Assembly (NCBI GenBank): GCA_026025075.1
Contig: JAPEUI010000005.1
Coordinates: 186,001-250,000, forward strand
Source: Vezdaea acicularis
Taxonomy: Eukaryota
Length of the DNA stretch: 64,000 bases
Direction of reading: 5' to 3'
Shown here piece by piece: positions 1 to 12,054 of the stretch; the stretch's first letter is position 1, and the number at the start of each line of letters is the position of its first letter. The notes beneath the pieces were generated by a model. It was not told where the DNA came from, ran no database searches, and was given only the letters and a program-made list of their open reading frames with translations. Made by a program: the position numbers and the translations under genes.

Positions 1-2429
1 AGGCGTTGTCGCCATTGTCGAGCCAGTCTGGTTTTACAGCAGACATGATGGATGAGAGGTCGTCCGAGTCGTCGTCGGAGAATTGGAGAGCTTTCAGAGG
101 ACGTACGCGTCGAGAGGGATGCGACAGCTCCGTGTTATATACCAGCCCGGGATTCCCGAGGCCATGTCCAGGGCGCCGGACCTCGATTGGGCCAGGCTTC
201 AAACCCTTATCTTCTGCAAGCGGGATCTATTATTGACGATCATTACGAGCGGAAGGGGGGGGGGGGAGGCCGGGGGTGGGGAAATTTGTGGGCCGCAGAA
301 AAAGAAGCAAAGATGGGGTTGAGGATGAAGGAAAAGGCGCGGGCGCGCTGGGCGAGCGACGGTCGTGAAGCTTATCTTCATCTCGCTATACGACCTTGAT
401 GGATGGGGGCCAATGGGAGAGGATGCCACGGGGGCCAGCGCAACATCGGGCCTAGTTCTTTTTTCGACAGAAGCAAAAGACGGAGGGGAGGTCGCAGTGG
501 TGCGCGGTGGTCGCAGTGGTGAGCAGCAGATGGGCAGAGCTTGTCGAAGCTTGAGCGTCGTCGCGTAAGGCTGGGCCCCTGCTGGTCCGTCCGCCGGTGC
601 TGGGTCGCGTCCGCTCCGATGGAAGCCTCTCCTTGGCGCGGGACCCCCCTTCATGCGGTTGTAGATAAGAAGCTCGGCTCGGCCAATCAGCGCCGCCTTA
701 TACTCTCCAATTTCGATGCTGCAACGCCGTTTTGCTTTGCCCGTCTCGATCGCCGGCCTGATTGGACCTCGAAATCATCGAGCGCGAACTGTCAGACAGC
801 GCAAGGTCCAGAACGCGTCAGGTCGCTACACATTTCCGCTTCAAGGCCGGTTCGCGCTGCGATCCCGCGCAACGGCCAGCAGATGGAGGGGGACCGCCGC
901 GCAGGGGAGCGGCAGCCCCCCCATTCGCCGCCCCCCCCCCCCCATCAGGAAAAAAAGCATCTGAAAATTTTTCGAGAAGCCGTGAAAATCTTCGACTCGA
1001 TGCTCCCGTTCGCGAGCTGACGCATCCGTAGACGTCCGATGGATGGCGGGGGGGGCTTCTCTCGTCGTGCCAGAGCGGAGGTCGTTTCATCGTCGAAGCT
1101 CGAGCGAAGCTACGCGGATGCAGGCCCTTCGCTTATCTTTCGGCCGCGCGGGCCAATGGGGAGCTTGGGTTGCCCCCCGGTCCGTCATCTCGGTCGCCCT
1201 TAGTGCGCCAAGATTCGCCTAACGCCATCGGGCGAAGAGCTCGATGTGGAAAGTTGTCGTGCCGGACCCTGGCCAGTCGTGCCTCCCCACCACGTCGGTC
1301 CTGTGCACGGCCGCCACTATCTCAGCGTCGACCTCGAGAGTCTTGACGTGAGCTGGCCCCCTCCTTATAACCCTCTCTGCGGACCTTTGGAATGCTTCTC
1401 GGCCAATAAATGCGCCCTCTCCGCGAAAATGAGGATGGAAGCTGATCAAGTCGAGCTGCGCCCTCTCCGCCGTCTTCTCGATGCCGCGACATCCTGTCGA
1501 TGAAGGGGGCGCGACGGGAGCGAGCGCACGAGCTCTGGAATGCATTGTCTACTTAACCGCAGCGTTGGTGCCGCTTGGACTTAACGAAGGGATCGACACG
1601 TGACCGTCGTTGCTCCAGCAAGAAGCGCAGGAATTTGAGCAACTATCTCTTGGCCTGCATTTCCCATTTGAAGGATCGTTGAAGGAAGAGCTTGCGTTGA
1701 ACTTTCCTCAGTGAGTACGGGAGCCCCGGTTTCGATGCCCTATGTCGAGGTGCACACCCTCAACGAGACCCACCCATCTAACACCACATCCGGGAGGTAG
1801 ATAATTTGTCATGCGAGACGACAAAATCATTCGACCGACCCCGTGGTGATTGATGGGAGAAACCCGGTGGTTTTGAATCCTTCCCGCTGGTCAGAGCTCC
1901 AGCGCCGCGCTTCCAGGCTCCGCCATGTCCCGGAATAAGCTCTCGCTCGCTTCATGACGTCTCGTCGGTGAAGCGACGCGCCGATAGTACAGTAGCCTCT
2001 CGGGCCGGTGATGCGACTACAGATCTCATCACTCGAGATACAGCAATGAAGATACACAACAGTCAGTGAAGTTGATTACTGAGGTTCCGAGCTGTAGACA
2101 TGTATCGACTGCTGCCATGAAGCATGCCACCTCGAAACACGCGAAAAAGCAAAGAGGGATTACTCCCAGGGAAAAAGTTAGAGAAGAAAAAGTCATCACT
2201 GCTCAGGTGATGACTTTGCTGACGTATTAAAATGCTAGAAGAGAAAAGGACTCTTGAATGAAGGAAAATGCCAGAATGAAAAAAGTATCTTGGAACAAAG
2301 GAAACGCGAGAGAGATGTTGCTCTTGGTGATCGATCGATCAGCCACAACCGGAAAGTGGAAATTTGCCATCGGTGATCAAGTGATCAGCCATGACTTCAA
2401 AGTAGAGACTTCCTTACCAATGCAAGCCT

Positions 2430-5243
2430 TTAGGCGGATCCGGTATCACCGCGCTCTGCAGTACCACTACGCTCTCCAACACTGCCGCACTCCGCCGTAT
2501 GATTGCTAGTCTTGTCCTTCTCCTCATGCGCCTCCTGGCCCCTGTTGCTATACTCCGCCGTCTTGGAATCCATCTTGTTCCCCTCATCGTCTCCGTCAGC
2601 ACACGTAGACCGAGACTCCGCCGTCGTGAAACTCATCCTATCCGCCTGATCACTTCTACCAAAATCCGTGCCAGAGTGTTCTGCCGTCCTGCGACTCATC
2701 CCATCCTCTTCACCGTCTTCGTCGTCATAAGTGTCGCTACTTCCCTCCATGCTGCAGCTCATCTCGTCCTCTCCGTCATACTCACTATCGCTCTCGCTAT
2801 CATCCGTCTCGCTGCGCTCTTCGGTATCCATGCGTTCCTCCGAACCATTGTGCCATCTTCTCTGGCCTCGAGATGGATTGGGGCCGCGTTGGTCGGAGCT
2901 CCATGGTGGTATGATTGCCAGAATTGCTACCGAAGAAGAGAAGATTTCAACCTCATCGCCATCCGTCTATGTGAGAAGTTTATATCAGCGTTCTGGCTCA
3001 CTTTGACAAACGCATAATGTAGGGGTGGGTTTGTTAGGATGACTACTTACAGGGTTAAAGATGATCTGGTGCTCCGTCGCAAAAGTCGTATTCAGCCAAT
3101 TGATGCCTGAAATATAGTGATGAGGCCATTTTTTGAGAAGCTGTGATCGTGTCATCATGAATGCTGTAGGGATATACGAAGGTGGGGACCCGTGTTACCT
3201 CTTGTTGTTCGGTTCCCTCGACTATCACTGCCGGCCCAAGGGCATCACCAACACAAGTGCTCCGTGTCCCAGGCGCTCTTCCCACCTCCTGTCCCGTCAT
3301 CCCTTCGATTTTGCGCCACTTCAGAATGTTCTTTAGCCGCTCCTCGAAAGAGGTGGGAGGAGGGAATCGACAATAAAACCGATCATCGTATTCCAAAGAC
3401 AGATCGTTGTCGCCAAATCCATGTCTTTGGAATGTTTGGAGTTTCTGGAACTCCCTGTCTCCCTTTAAGCGATCTACTAGGCCGGCATGGTCGTCCAGGA
3501 TGGGCTGCACTCCGGTTTCAATCTTCAAGCGCTTGAAGATCGTGGCGAGAGTGAGGTCTGATCCCTTCAACAGGTATTTTGGCACCGAGTTGGTGTGGCC
3601 ATATTGATGGTGGCAATACACTCCGATGATTCCACCTAGGCTTAGTTAGAAGATGAGACCATATGATAAAAGAGCAGTTATCATTAGTTCTTACCCTTAG
3701 TCATGAACCCAGGCTGTTGAAGCGCGCCCTTGATCAATTTGTAAAGGGGGTGATACTTCACGCCCAAACTCCTCGGTATCTTGTCTGGACCTCGAGTCAT
3801 TGGGGTGAAGATGACATCGTAAGTCAGGTTTATCATATGGCCTGCCTTGATCGGAAGGATCTCGTTGTCACATTGAGTCTGAAAAAAAGCCCAAGTGATA
3901 TGATCTGGCTGGTCACCGCTCCAATCAAACTCCGTGGTAACGCCAAGATGGCGGATGATAAGCTGACCTCCTTTTGGGAAGAATTATCAGTCTACATGAC
4001 AAATATAGACTACTTTCAGTTATAACATACCATCGTGAGCGCATGGAAAGCAAACGATCAATGTTCCGATACGGTCTCGATGCCAGCCCTTAGTAGAGAT
4101 CGATCTGTCGCTGCCATACATTGTTTCCAAAGGTTGAGAGTAAACCTAGAATGAATTCAACAGCCGAAAAATAACAACAGTAAACGTGTTGGAAGTTGAT
4201 ACTTACATTCAGTTCGGATAAGATTGCGCATAGAACCTCACCTGCATATACTTCACAGTCTAGAGATTGAGAGATGGCTTTAAGAATCCCATAATCGTGT
4301 GGGTGGAAGTTGGTGCTGAAATGCGCCGGAACCATCATTTTAACTCCCTCATTGTATGTTGACAGCAGCCTTTCGCAGTCCACACTTAGTTGCCAGAGGG
4401 ATCTTTCAGAGGATTCTGCCCTTATAGGAAACACAAGCTTTTGTGATGTTCCGCAGTAAACGCCATCCCATCGGAGGGTCAGTGGGGATGAGCGATCATT
4501 AAAGCTATGCACGCCAAAACTCTTTCCTTTTTTGCTGCTCTCGAGGAGAATTTTCCCTCCGCAGGCAAAATTGTACTTGTGACCAATGACCGCGGTAGAA
4601 AGATTGGAGAGGATCTGGTCCTCACTCATAGCTCGTAGGCTCTGCACACTGAAGTTGGGATATATACGCCAAGTGTCATCCTTTGACAAATCAACCGCCC
4701 GTTGAAGAAATTGGCAGAAAGGAGGCACGTCTAGACACAATATTTAGAAACATACGATCGCTGTACTCTAAATGCAGACGTACTGTTGAGCCTATCAATA
4801 TTGACCTTTTCGCTCTCCAGTCGTTTCAAAATAAGCGCGACTACTTCAGGTCCCCAAACGTCCAGCCAGATAGCGTTGTCTTCAGCGCTGCGGACGATTC
4901 CTGTAGAAGGTTCGGCAAGCATCAGATTGTGGAGGAGTCGCGAACGAGCACCCGCCTGGAATTCTGATTCCATTCTACCAGCTATTCTACCAGCCAGAAG
5001 AAATCTTTCTATGTACACAGACGCAGTGTCACCAGCCGAAGATGCACTCAATATGTACTTCAGCTCGTTCAAATATTCGTCGATTGCCGCATCACGAATA
5101 GCATCCTGGTCAGAGTGAGTACTAAAGAGCTTGGAGGACTTCTCCTGAGAGGGGTGTAGATGCTGGCTTGCCTTGACGAATCTCTCCTTTAAAAGCCAAT
5201 CAAATTCGTGGTCTGGATACACTGGTTGGATAGGAGAATCCAT
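2430..5243 (-). CDS. Multi-exon 2OG-Fe(II) oxygenase-like (prolyl-4-hydroxylase-type fold) fungal protein with degenerate catalytic residues and an acidic C-terminal tail
   Basis: ORFs 4731-5243, 4090-4740, 3055-3621 and 2430-2831 join through GT-AG introns, together with small exons not in the ORF track. The spliced product shows family motifs FACGG, FSTNFHPHDYGIL, ELNVYS, GTLIVCFPCAHDGGQLIIRH, FDWS, ITWAFF..CDNEILPIKAGHMINLTYDV, GGIIGVYCHHQYGHT..LKGSD and INWLN. Confidence 0.75.
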
Positions 5244-6634
5244 CGTGCCGTTACCAAGTGTAAAGACTTAGTTCACAAGTTGAACACTTCAGAAACGACC
5301 TCCTGAATAGTCAAAACGTTGTAGAATAGCTCTAGTCGCCAGAGGAAAGTGGAAAGCGGAGGAACCTTCCGCGACTCTCAAGCCAGGGGTTGTTCTTGAT
5401 AGTTCCAAGTGCTTGAGCTTATAGTCGTTAGGTACGTAAACGTAGTTGAAGATTCAGTCATATAGAAGAAACTTGTGTGGGTAGTCGAGCGACAAGACAA
5501 CCCTATCCCACGTGATAGAGTGGGGCACAGGATGCCGGAAAAGGGGGCCTCATGAGAGACTGGCGGCTTGACAGCGCACACAAACAACTTGACTTTGAGA
5601 GGCTGCAAAGCATGGATACGAAAGAGATTGGGATTAACAAAAATTCGATGCGTATGCTAGCAGACTTGTGAGTGAGCTCTTACAAGTCAATGTTTATTTG
5701 TCGTTCCCACTTCGTGTGGACGGAGATAGCACATCAGCAAAGTGTACTCAGCCCCCATTCGAGTAACCTTCCAAAAGCATCGCGAGCAAAGGCGCATGGA
5801 TGGTTCATCCTTAGAGCTCCATAGAGACATCGCAGAACGACACAATCAAGATAATCATTGAATATTGTCCTGCTGCAACCGAGAAGGCATGCATTCAATC
5901 GATATCGCTCGCTAATGGCTGGGTATCATTTGTGGATGATACCAAAAACAGACAACGTGAAAATGTCCTGATCTGCGAAATCGCTTGAACATATTTCCAC
6001 AAAAGAGTAAATATGACGACTTAGAAATTCTATCAATCACTTGATAGCACACCGAATAACTCGAAAACCTGCCTCAGGAAACGCAATGCACTCCTTGGTC
6101 AGAGTAATCGGAAGTGCGAAAGGCTCAAAGTCGGAGTCGCTTGGTTTGCTCTCGGCTAGGGTTTGGATCGACGTCGGCGCTTCAGAAGCTCTTGAAGTCC
6201 TATCAGGGAGCAGCGCCATCTACGTCTGTGATAGCTAGACAACTGTGCATATCAGTTAGCTATAATTCACTAGGCCAATGAAGAGCCCACAGTGACCGCG
6301 TGCTGTCATCCTCGTCCCCCGAACTCCAGCTTCTTAGAGAATGTCTCCCGCCGCGCACCAATTCCGCCCGTATTCCGTTTGGCATCTTGGGTTGCATCCG
6401 GCGTCGACGGGTACGTGTACCGACAACACCATGCACGGACGACATCCGTGCACGCTTAATTCCGCCCAGATCCGAATAGAAGGATTTAAACATCCCACCA
6501 AGGCGCCATAAGGCTGCTTCCGAACATGCTGTAAATTTTCTTTAGGTACTCTTGAATTTGCGATTGAGTCGCTGCGCGTGGGTCGATTTCGGGAGCTCAT
6601 AGCGGGGTTACACGCCTTGCGTTCTAAGCTACAA

Positions 6635-8196
6635 ATGGAAGAGGATCTGGAGAAAGGCGAGGGGTTTGCAAGTGATGGCAGGCCGATCGACAACACCTTG
6701 ACAGAGGACGCGGTCGAGCAGGTTGTCTCGGACGAGAGTAATGAGGTGAAAGAAGTATCGTCGGGGTCGTCGAAGGGAGAGGAGAAGTCGCCGCCAAAGG
6801 TAAAGCATGATCATCTAGGACATGTGGGGTGGAGGCGTTTGGTCTGCAATTTCATTCCATCGTGAGTAAACCGTCTCAGACTTTGTGCCCTTCGAGTGCT
6901 ATGCTTCAATGGTCCCCATTGAGCTCTTAATTCGATTACTACCTAATCCCCGACCTTTCCTACCTTCGCCTGCTTCTCTACGCCCAACTGACCCCTCCGT
7001 AGATGGTTTACTGTCTCAATGGGTACGGGCATCGTATCCATCCTCCTCAACCGTCTCCCCTACAATGGCAGCTGGCTTTACTACCTCTCCATAATATTCT
7101 TCTGCCTCAACGTCCTCCTCTTCAGCGCCTTCACCGCCATCTCCATCCTGCGCTATACGCTCTTTCCCGCAATCTGGCCCGTGATGATTCGGCACCCTTC
7201 GCAATCGCTCTTCATCGGGGCCTTCCCCGTCGCCTTCGCGACGATCATTAATATGTTTGTGTTTGTATGCGTACCCGCTTGGGGAGAGTGGGCGATCACG
7301 TTCGCGTGGTGTATGTGGTGGATCGATGTTGTGATCGCAGTGGCAATCTGCTTCTGGTTGCCGTTTGTGATGTGCGTCTCATCCTCATCCCTTCCGCCCC
7401 TCCCCTATCCCCCCCCTTAAAGCTCGCTGACAAAGATGCAAGAATGTACATGCACTCCCAAACCCTCTCGACGATGACCGCCCTCTGGCTCTTCCCAACC
7501 GTCTCCACCATCGTTGCCGCCTCCACCGGCTCTCTCCTCGCTGACATCCTCCCCAATCCCTCACACGCCCTCATTACCCTGCTAACCTCCTACATCCTCT
7601 GGGGTACGGGCGTTCCCCTAGCCCTCTCGACCCTAGTCATCTACTTCCAGCGCCTGACCGTCTACCACCTTCCCCCCTCCGAAGTCATCGTCAGCGTCTT
7701 CCTCCCCCTCGGCCTCCTTGGCCAAGCCCCCTACGGCATCATGCAGCTCGGCCACGTCGCCCTGCGCGTCCTCCCGGAGACGAAAACGCTACACCCCCTC
7801 GCCGGACCAGTCTTCTACATCGTCGGCTTCCTAGCCGGCCTGATCCTGTGGGGCTTCGGGCTGATCTGGTTCTTCTTCGCGCTCGCGAGCATCTCTCGCT
7901 CAAAGTTCCCCTTCAATATGGGCTGGTGGGGCTTTACTTTCCCACTCGGCGTTTATGCTGCCGCTACCGTGACTATCGGGAAGGAGCTGCCTTCGAAGTT
8001 CTTCTCCGTGCTCGGCACCGTCCTCAGTGTGGCGGTCGTCATCCTCTGGTGCGTCGTCACGGTTGGCACGGTCAGGAAGACCTTGACTGGCGAGTTTTTC
8101 CTCGCGCCATGCCTTACGCAGTTGCCTGAGGACGTGAAGGCGGATATGAAGAAGAAGTTGCAGCGGAAGAAGAAGGGGGGGAAGGAGAAGGTTTAG
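6635..8196 (+). CDS. SSU1: TDT/SLAC1-family transporter, sulfite efflux pump SSU1-like (C4-dicarboxylate/malic acid transporter family)
   Basis: Exons ~6635-6861, 7003-7371 and 7443-8196 give 450 codons in frame. Motifs NFIPSWFTVSMGTGIVSILL, HPSQSLFIGAFP, FLPLGLLGQ and FNMGWWGFTFPLG; about 10 hydrophobic segments. Confidence 0.88.
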
Positions 8197-11100
8197 AGGG
8201 AGGATCGGAGTGGTTGAAGGGTAAGGAGCGAGGGGGTTAGGAAGGGTATGTAGGGCGGCGAGAAGGGCAGAGAAGGTAACTTGCTCTGAGTGGGCTGTAC
8301 ATACAGCACGGCAACATATCTGGCAATTTTTCCGAAGGACTCGGCTGGATAGTAGGACATGCATCAGCGACACATTCCCCATGGAAGCAGACGCTGGGAG
8401 AGATGCCGACCTCGGAGTTGCCCCTTCCTAGAAAGACGGTCCTGCCATGACTGAGCCTGCCTCGGCGATGCAGTCAGTGCCACGGAACCGTGCGTAATGG
8501 GCACACTCAGCAAGCATGGCACTGGTCGCTGGCTGGGAGGATACTGCGGTGCGGTGCGGTTCAGTGCGCTTAAAGGCGTCAAGTGCGTTGTTGAACGGAC
8601 AATATGCGTGTTCCGAGAGCCCTACTATGCTGGGAAGCCCTCATGATGGAGGCGTTGGCTGTTATGCCAAGCGAGTACTTCGAAGGGGCACTTCGAAGAG
8701 GCACGATTCTAATAAAGGAGGCAACAACAGTGGCATGCACGAGTTGTTTGTATAGAACAGTCCTTCAAGATGATGTCCAGACGGCGGGATTAGGGGGCTG
8801 TCTTATTACTCCTCGTCACCAAGCAGGATCCGGGTTGCGCGGCGTAGAACTAGACATCACTCCAGTAAATTACAATATGGTATCAAATTGGTCCGAGCAG
8901 GTCCAGAGGGTTGTTCCATGGTAGTAGATAGTACGCATGTCGTTAACAGCAGCCATGAGGTGTCAGCTGCTAGATGGAAACGCGATCGCAATGTCCACAT
9001 CGTCCAGGCGCGATCTCTACGACTTTGGAGGTCCGTTAGAGGACGCTCAGGACAAGATCATAATATCGGCTCCATTCGGCAATTCGAGCTTTCCCCCCCA
9101 AAAGCCTTCGTTCCGTGGACGACGGTGATTGGTGGGACAGACAAATAAACAGACGGCGCAAGCCTGATCGACGAACCGCCCCCCAGGCGAGATCTGGGCA
9201 AGATCTCGTCTCGCAGCAGCTGGGGGTGCACCCATCCTGAACCTCGGGTTAGGTTGAGGAGGATGGGACGTGGGGGCAGAGATAATGTTCGGTAGGCGTC
9301 GACCTCAAGGCGTGCGCCGCTCGAGTCAGACGAGGCACGCACGCCTCAGATACCTCGAGGTCCATGCTGCGTCGCTGTTGGATATGCGACCGCAAAAAAC
9401 TCTGATGCATGGACATTGACGCTGGCAGCGGCTGCAATAGAACGGGTCAGCGAATACCACCGGCTGCACCGGGTTTTCTTCGGCTGCTGATGGTGTTGCA
9501 GACCAGGGGACATCTCGATCCGAGAAAAAAAGAAAAAGCGAACGCCGCCTGCAGGAGACCGAGTTGTGTGGTAATGAACTGGGCGCTCCACTCGGGCAGC
9601 TTTAGGAGAGAATTTTTTCGGCTCTGCTTATTGAAAAGCAAAAGGTCTACGCCAGGTACTTTGTGACTTCGGCGCTGCAGCGAAGATCCCTGGGACGCTG
9701 GAGGTCATCACGGCGGTTCATGGCAGGGCTCACTTGCTGCTGAATTAGTGCCGTCGCGGATCGGTGCATAGGAGATTTACTCGCAACAGCGCAGGGTGAC
9801 CTGTGTCACTGTGTTGCCGTGATGCTGTAGCACGAACGATGATGTGATAGCTTTGGCAGTGACTCGGCAAGCTCGGTCGTGCGTCGTGTACGCCAGCTCG
9901 TCTTGCGTGATGAGTCCGGTCGTTCGGGGCGGCTGCGTAAAAGAAAGATGTCAATATGCAACAGCTCTGTCCAATGACCGAGCACCCCTTGAGCAGTGAC
10001 GATCCCGCAGGCCCTGTCTCCCTAGTGCGCCGGTTGCATCGCGCCCCTTGGCGTGTGGGGGAGGAGATGCGCGCCAAGCCCTAATCAGGCATACATCGGC
10101 AAGCCCCTCGACCCGAGCCTGCAAATTTCTTGCTGCTTTGGCTTTGTGTCCCTGTATTTGGCTACAGGGCCTGTGACCGTTATAGCACAGCTGGTTGGCC
10201 GTTTGTGGGATGAATAAGACTTGAATGAAGTTGGTTTTCCGTAGCTGGAACTTCCCTGTGTGTGAGATCCATAGGGGAAGTCCCGACAGCCAGTTCTACC
10301 ATACGTGTACCGCGTCCCAGGCTCGGGTCAAGCCGGAGAGAGTACTCGTCATCATTGAAGACTACCGGCAGCGTTGAAGTATTCGAAGCGGTTGTATTAG
10401 TGTTATGCCTTATGTTAGGAGCACTTGGCAGTCCTTCGGCCCAGATAAGAAGCATATCAAATACGCCCGCCACGAAGCTTGGCCTCCAAGCAGCGTAAGC
10501 AGAGCAAGGCAGATCGTGAGTCGAGTCGAGTCCATGATGATAGCTACGCCAAGAAGTTCGAGAGCATCAGGAGAGGCTGACAGCGAATTTGATCGGCAGT
10601 TTGCTTTGCATTGCTGGGCGCTGATGGTGAGTGGGTTTCGCGCCTTTTTGCTTCTTCGCTCGAAAAATTCTCTCTTCCCCTCGCAATGTGGGGGAGCTGG
10701 AAGCAGACGACCAATACGAATGTGTCGTATGCTCACCTACTCGACATTGGCTGGTGCGCGCTAGATGAGACACGTCCCTCGGTTGGCGTTTTGAATTTCA
10801 AAGCTCGTTCGGAAGCGGTCGTCCGACATCAACCGTTGGCATTCGTCGAGGAGAATGGAAGCGGGAGAAGAAGAGTTGGGGTTGCGTGCGGTCTCGGCCT
10901 GGAGGGCGGAATTCGGCTGTGACTGGCAAACGGGGTTATTGGCCTTGGCGGCTCAAAAAGAGTTGCCCTAGCCCTTCGCTTGGCTGCAGCTGGGCCAATC
11001 GCCGGCCCGTTGCTTATCTGGAGGCGACGCGGAAATGGTCTAGCGTGTCCCCATGGCCGGCGCCCCCTTCACCTCATCTCGAAGTCTCTGGCCCCCCCCC

Positions 11101-11769
11101 CCTTCGCACTCCAGTCGCAATTGCAATTCGCATCTCGAGGGCAGATCCAAGCTCGTACCCCAACCGTTGGGGCGCTCCAGGGATCCCCCGCGCTAGGCTC
11201 GAGCCAGGAACGCTTGGCAAGGATGCTGAGACGACAGGCGCCAGTGACGAATACTGCAACTTCCGACGTCCATCCGTGGCTCGTCCATTTGAGCTCGATA
11301 AATTGCTGTGAAAGCTGGCAATGCGCTTGGCAGGATGAAGCAGGCAATGCCCAGAAAAGCGAAGGAGATGCAGCCACCAAGGTTGGAGTGCCCGGGTACC
11401 AGAGGAGCTTGCAGTAAACCCAGCTGGAGGAACCGTTCCTTATGCACACTCGAACGAGCGGAGCGCAGTGAACCTCCGCTTACCCAGGGCCGGAACCGAT
11501 CCCTCTCTTCTGTCCTTCAGGGAGCTCTCATCGGGCCCTTTTACGCTCCACTCTCATCTAGCTTATACATGGCATTCTTTTGCCTGCTGATCTCATCGCG
11601 CTCCGGCCTCCTCCGCAATGCCTGACATCCCCCGCCCCGCCGCCTTGGCGCCTTGCTCTCATTCGTGCATAGGCGGGGGGGGGGGACCCAAGAAGTTCAT
11701 TATCCTTCTTCTTGTTAGCTCCCTTCCGCCAAGAACTTTCAAGCCTAGACTTCCCCAAAGTCTGATCTG

Positions 11770-11790
11770 CTATCATTACTTTTCTTATCA
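11770..11790 (-). promoter_or_regulatory. Pair of HGATAR sites (candidate AreA/NIT2 nitrogen-regulation elements) upstream of the ammonium permease
   Basis: CTATCA at 11770-11775 and TTATCA at 11785-11790 read TGATAG and TGATAA on the minus strand, about 270 bp upstream of the ATG at 12055. Confidence 0.45.
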
Positions 11791-12054
11791 AGTTGCTTTG
11801 ACAAGGTTGAACGTCTAAAGCGGGAGCTTTTCCCAAGTAGCTAAATCTAGGGCTCTGCTTGGCATCAGCCAAGCGCCGCGAAGAATTTTTCATGAGCTGG
11901 CCTCTTATATCTGCCCGCTCCACCCACTTGTCTTCTCCCCCAGTTGCGCCAAACTCATACTCCAACCTTTGCTTCACGATACCCGGTTGTTACCTTCCAT
12001 TCTTTGCGACTGCCCCCACCCTCCCTTGAGTCTTTGGGATCGAGTTCGTTCAAC

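Noticed and set aside
2499..3017. Hydrophobic 172-aa plus-strand ORF resembling a membrane protein
   Set aside because: Antisense to the acidic last exon of the 2OG-oxygenase-like gene; the complement of GAN-rich codons gives spurious hydrophobic sequence.
6432..6452. Perfect 8-bp inverted repeat tgcacgga-N5-tccgtgca upstream of SSU1, and a similar atggtaac/gttaccat pair near 42689-42720
   Set aside because: Short hairpins of this size are expected by chance in 64 kb, and there is no supporting context.
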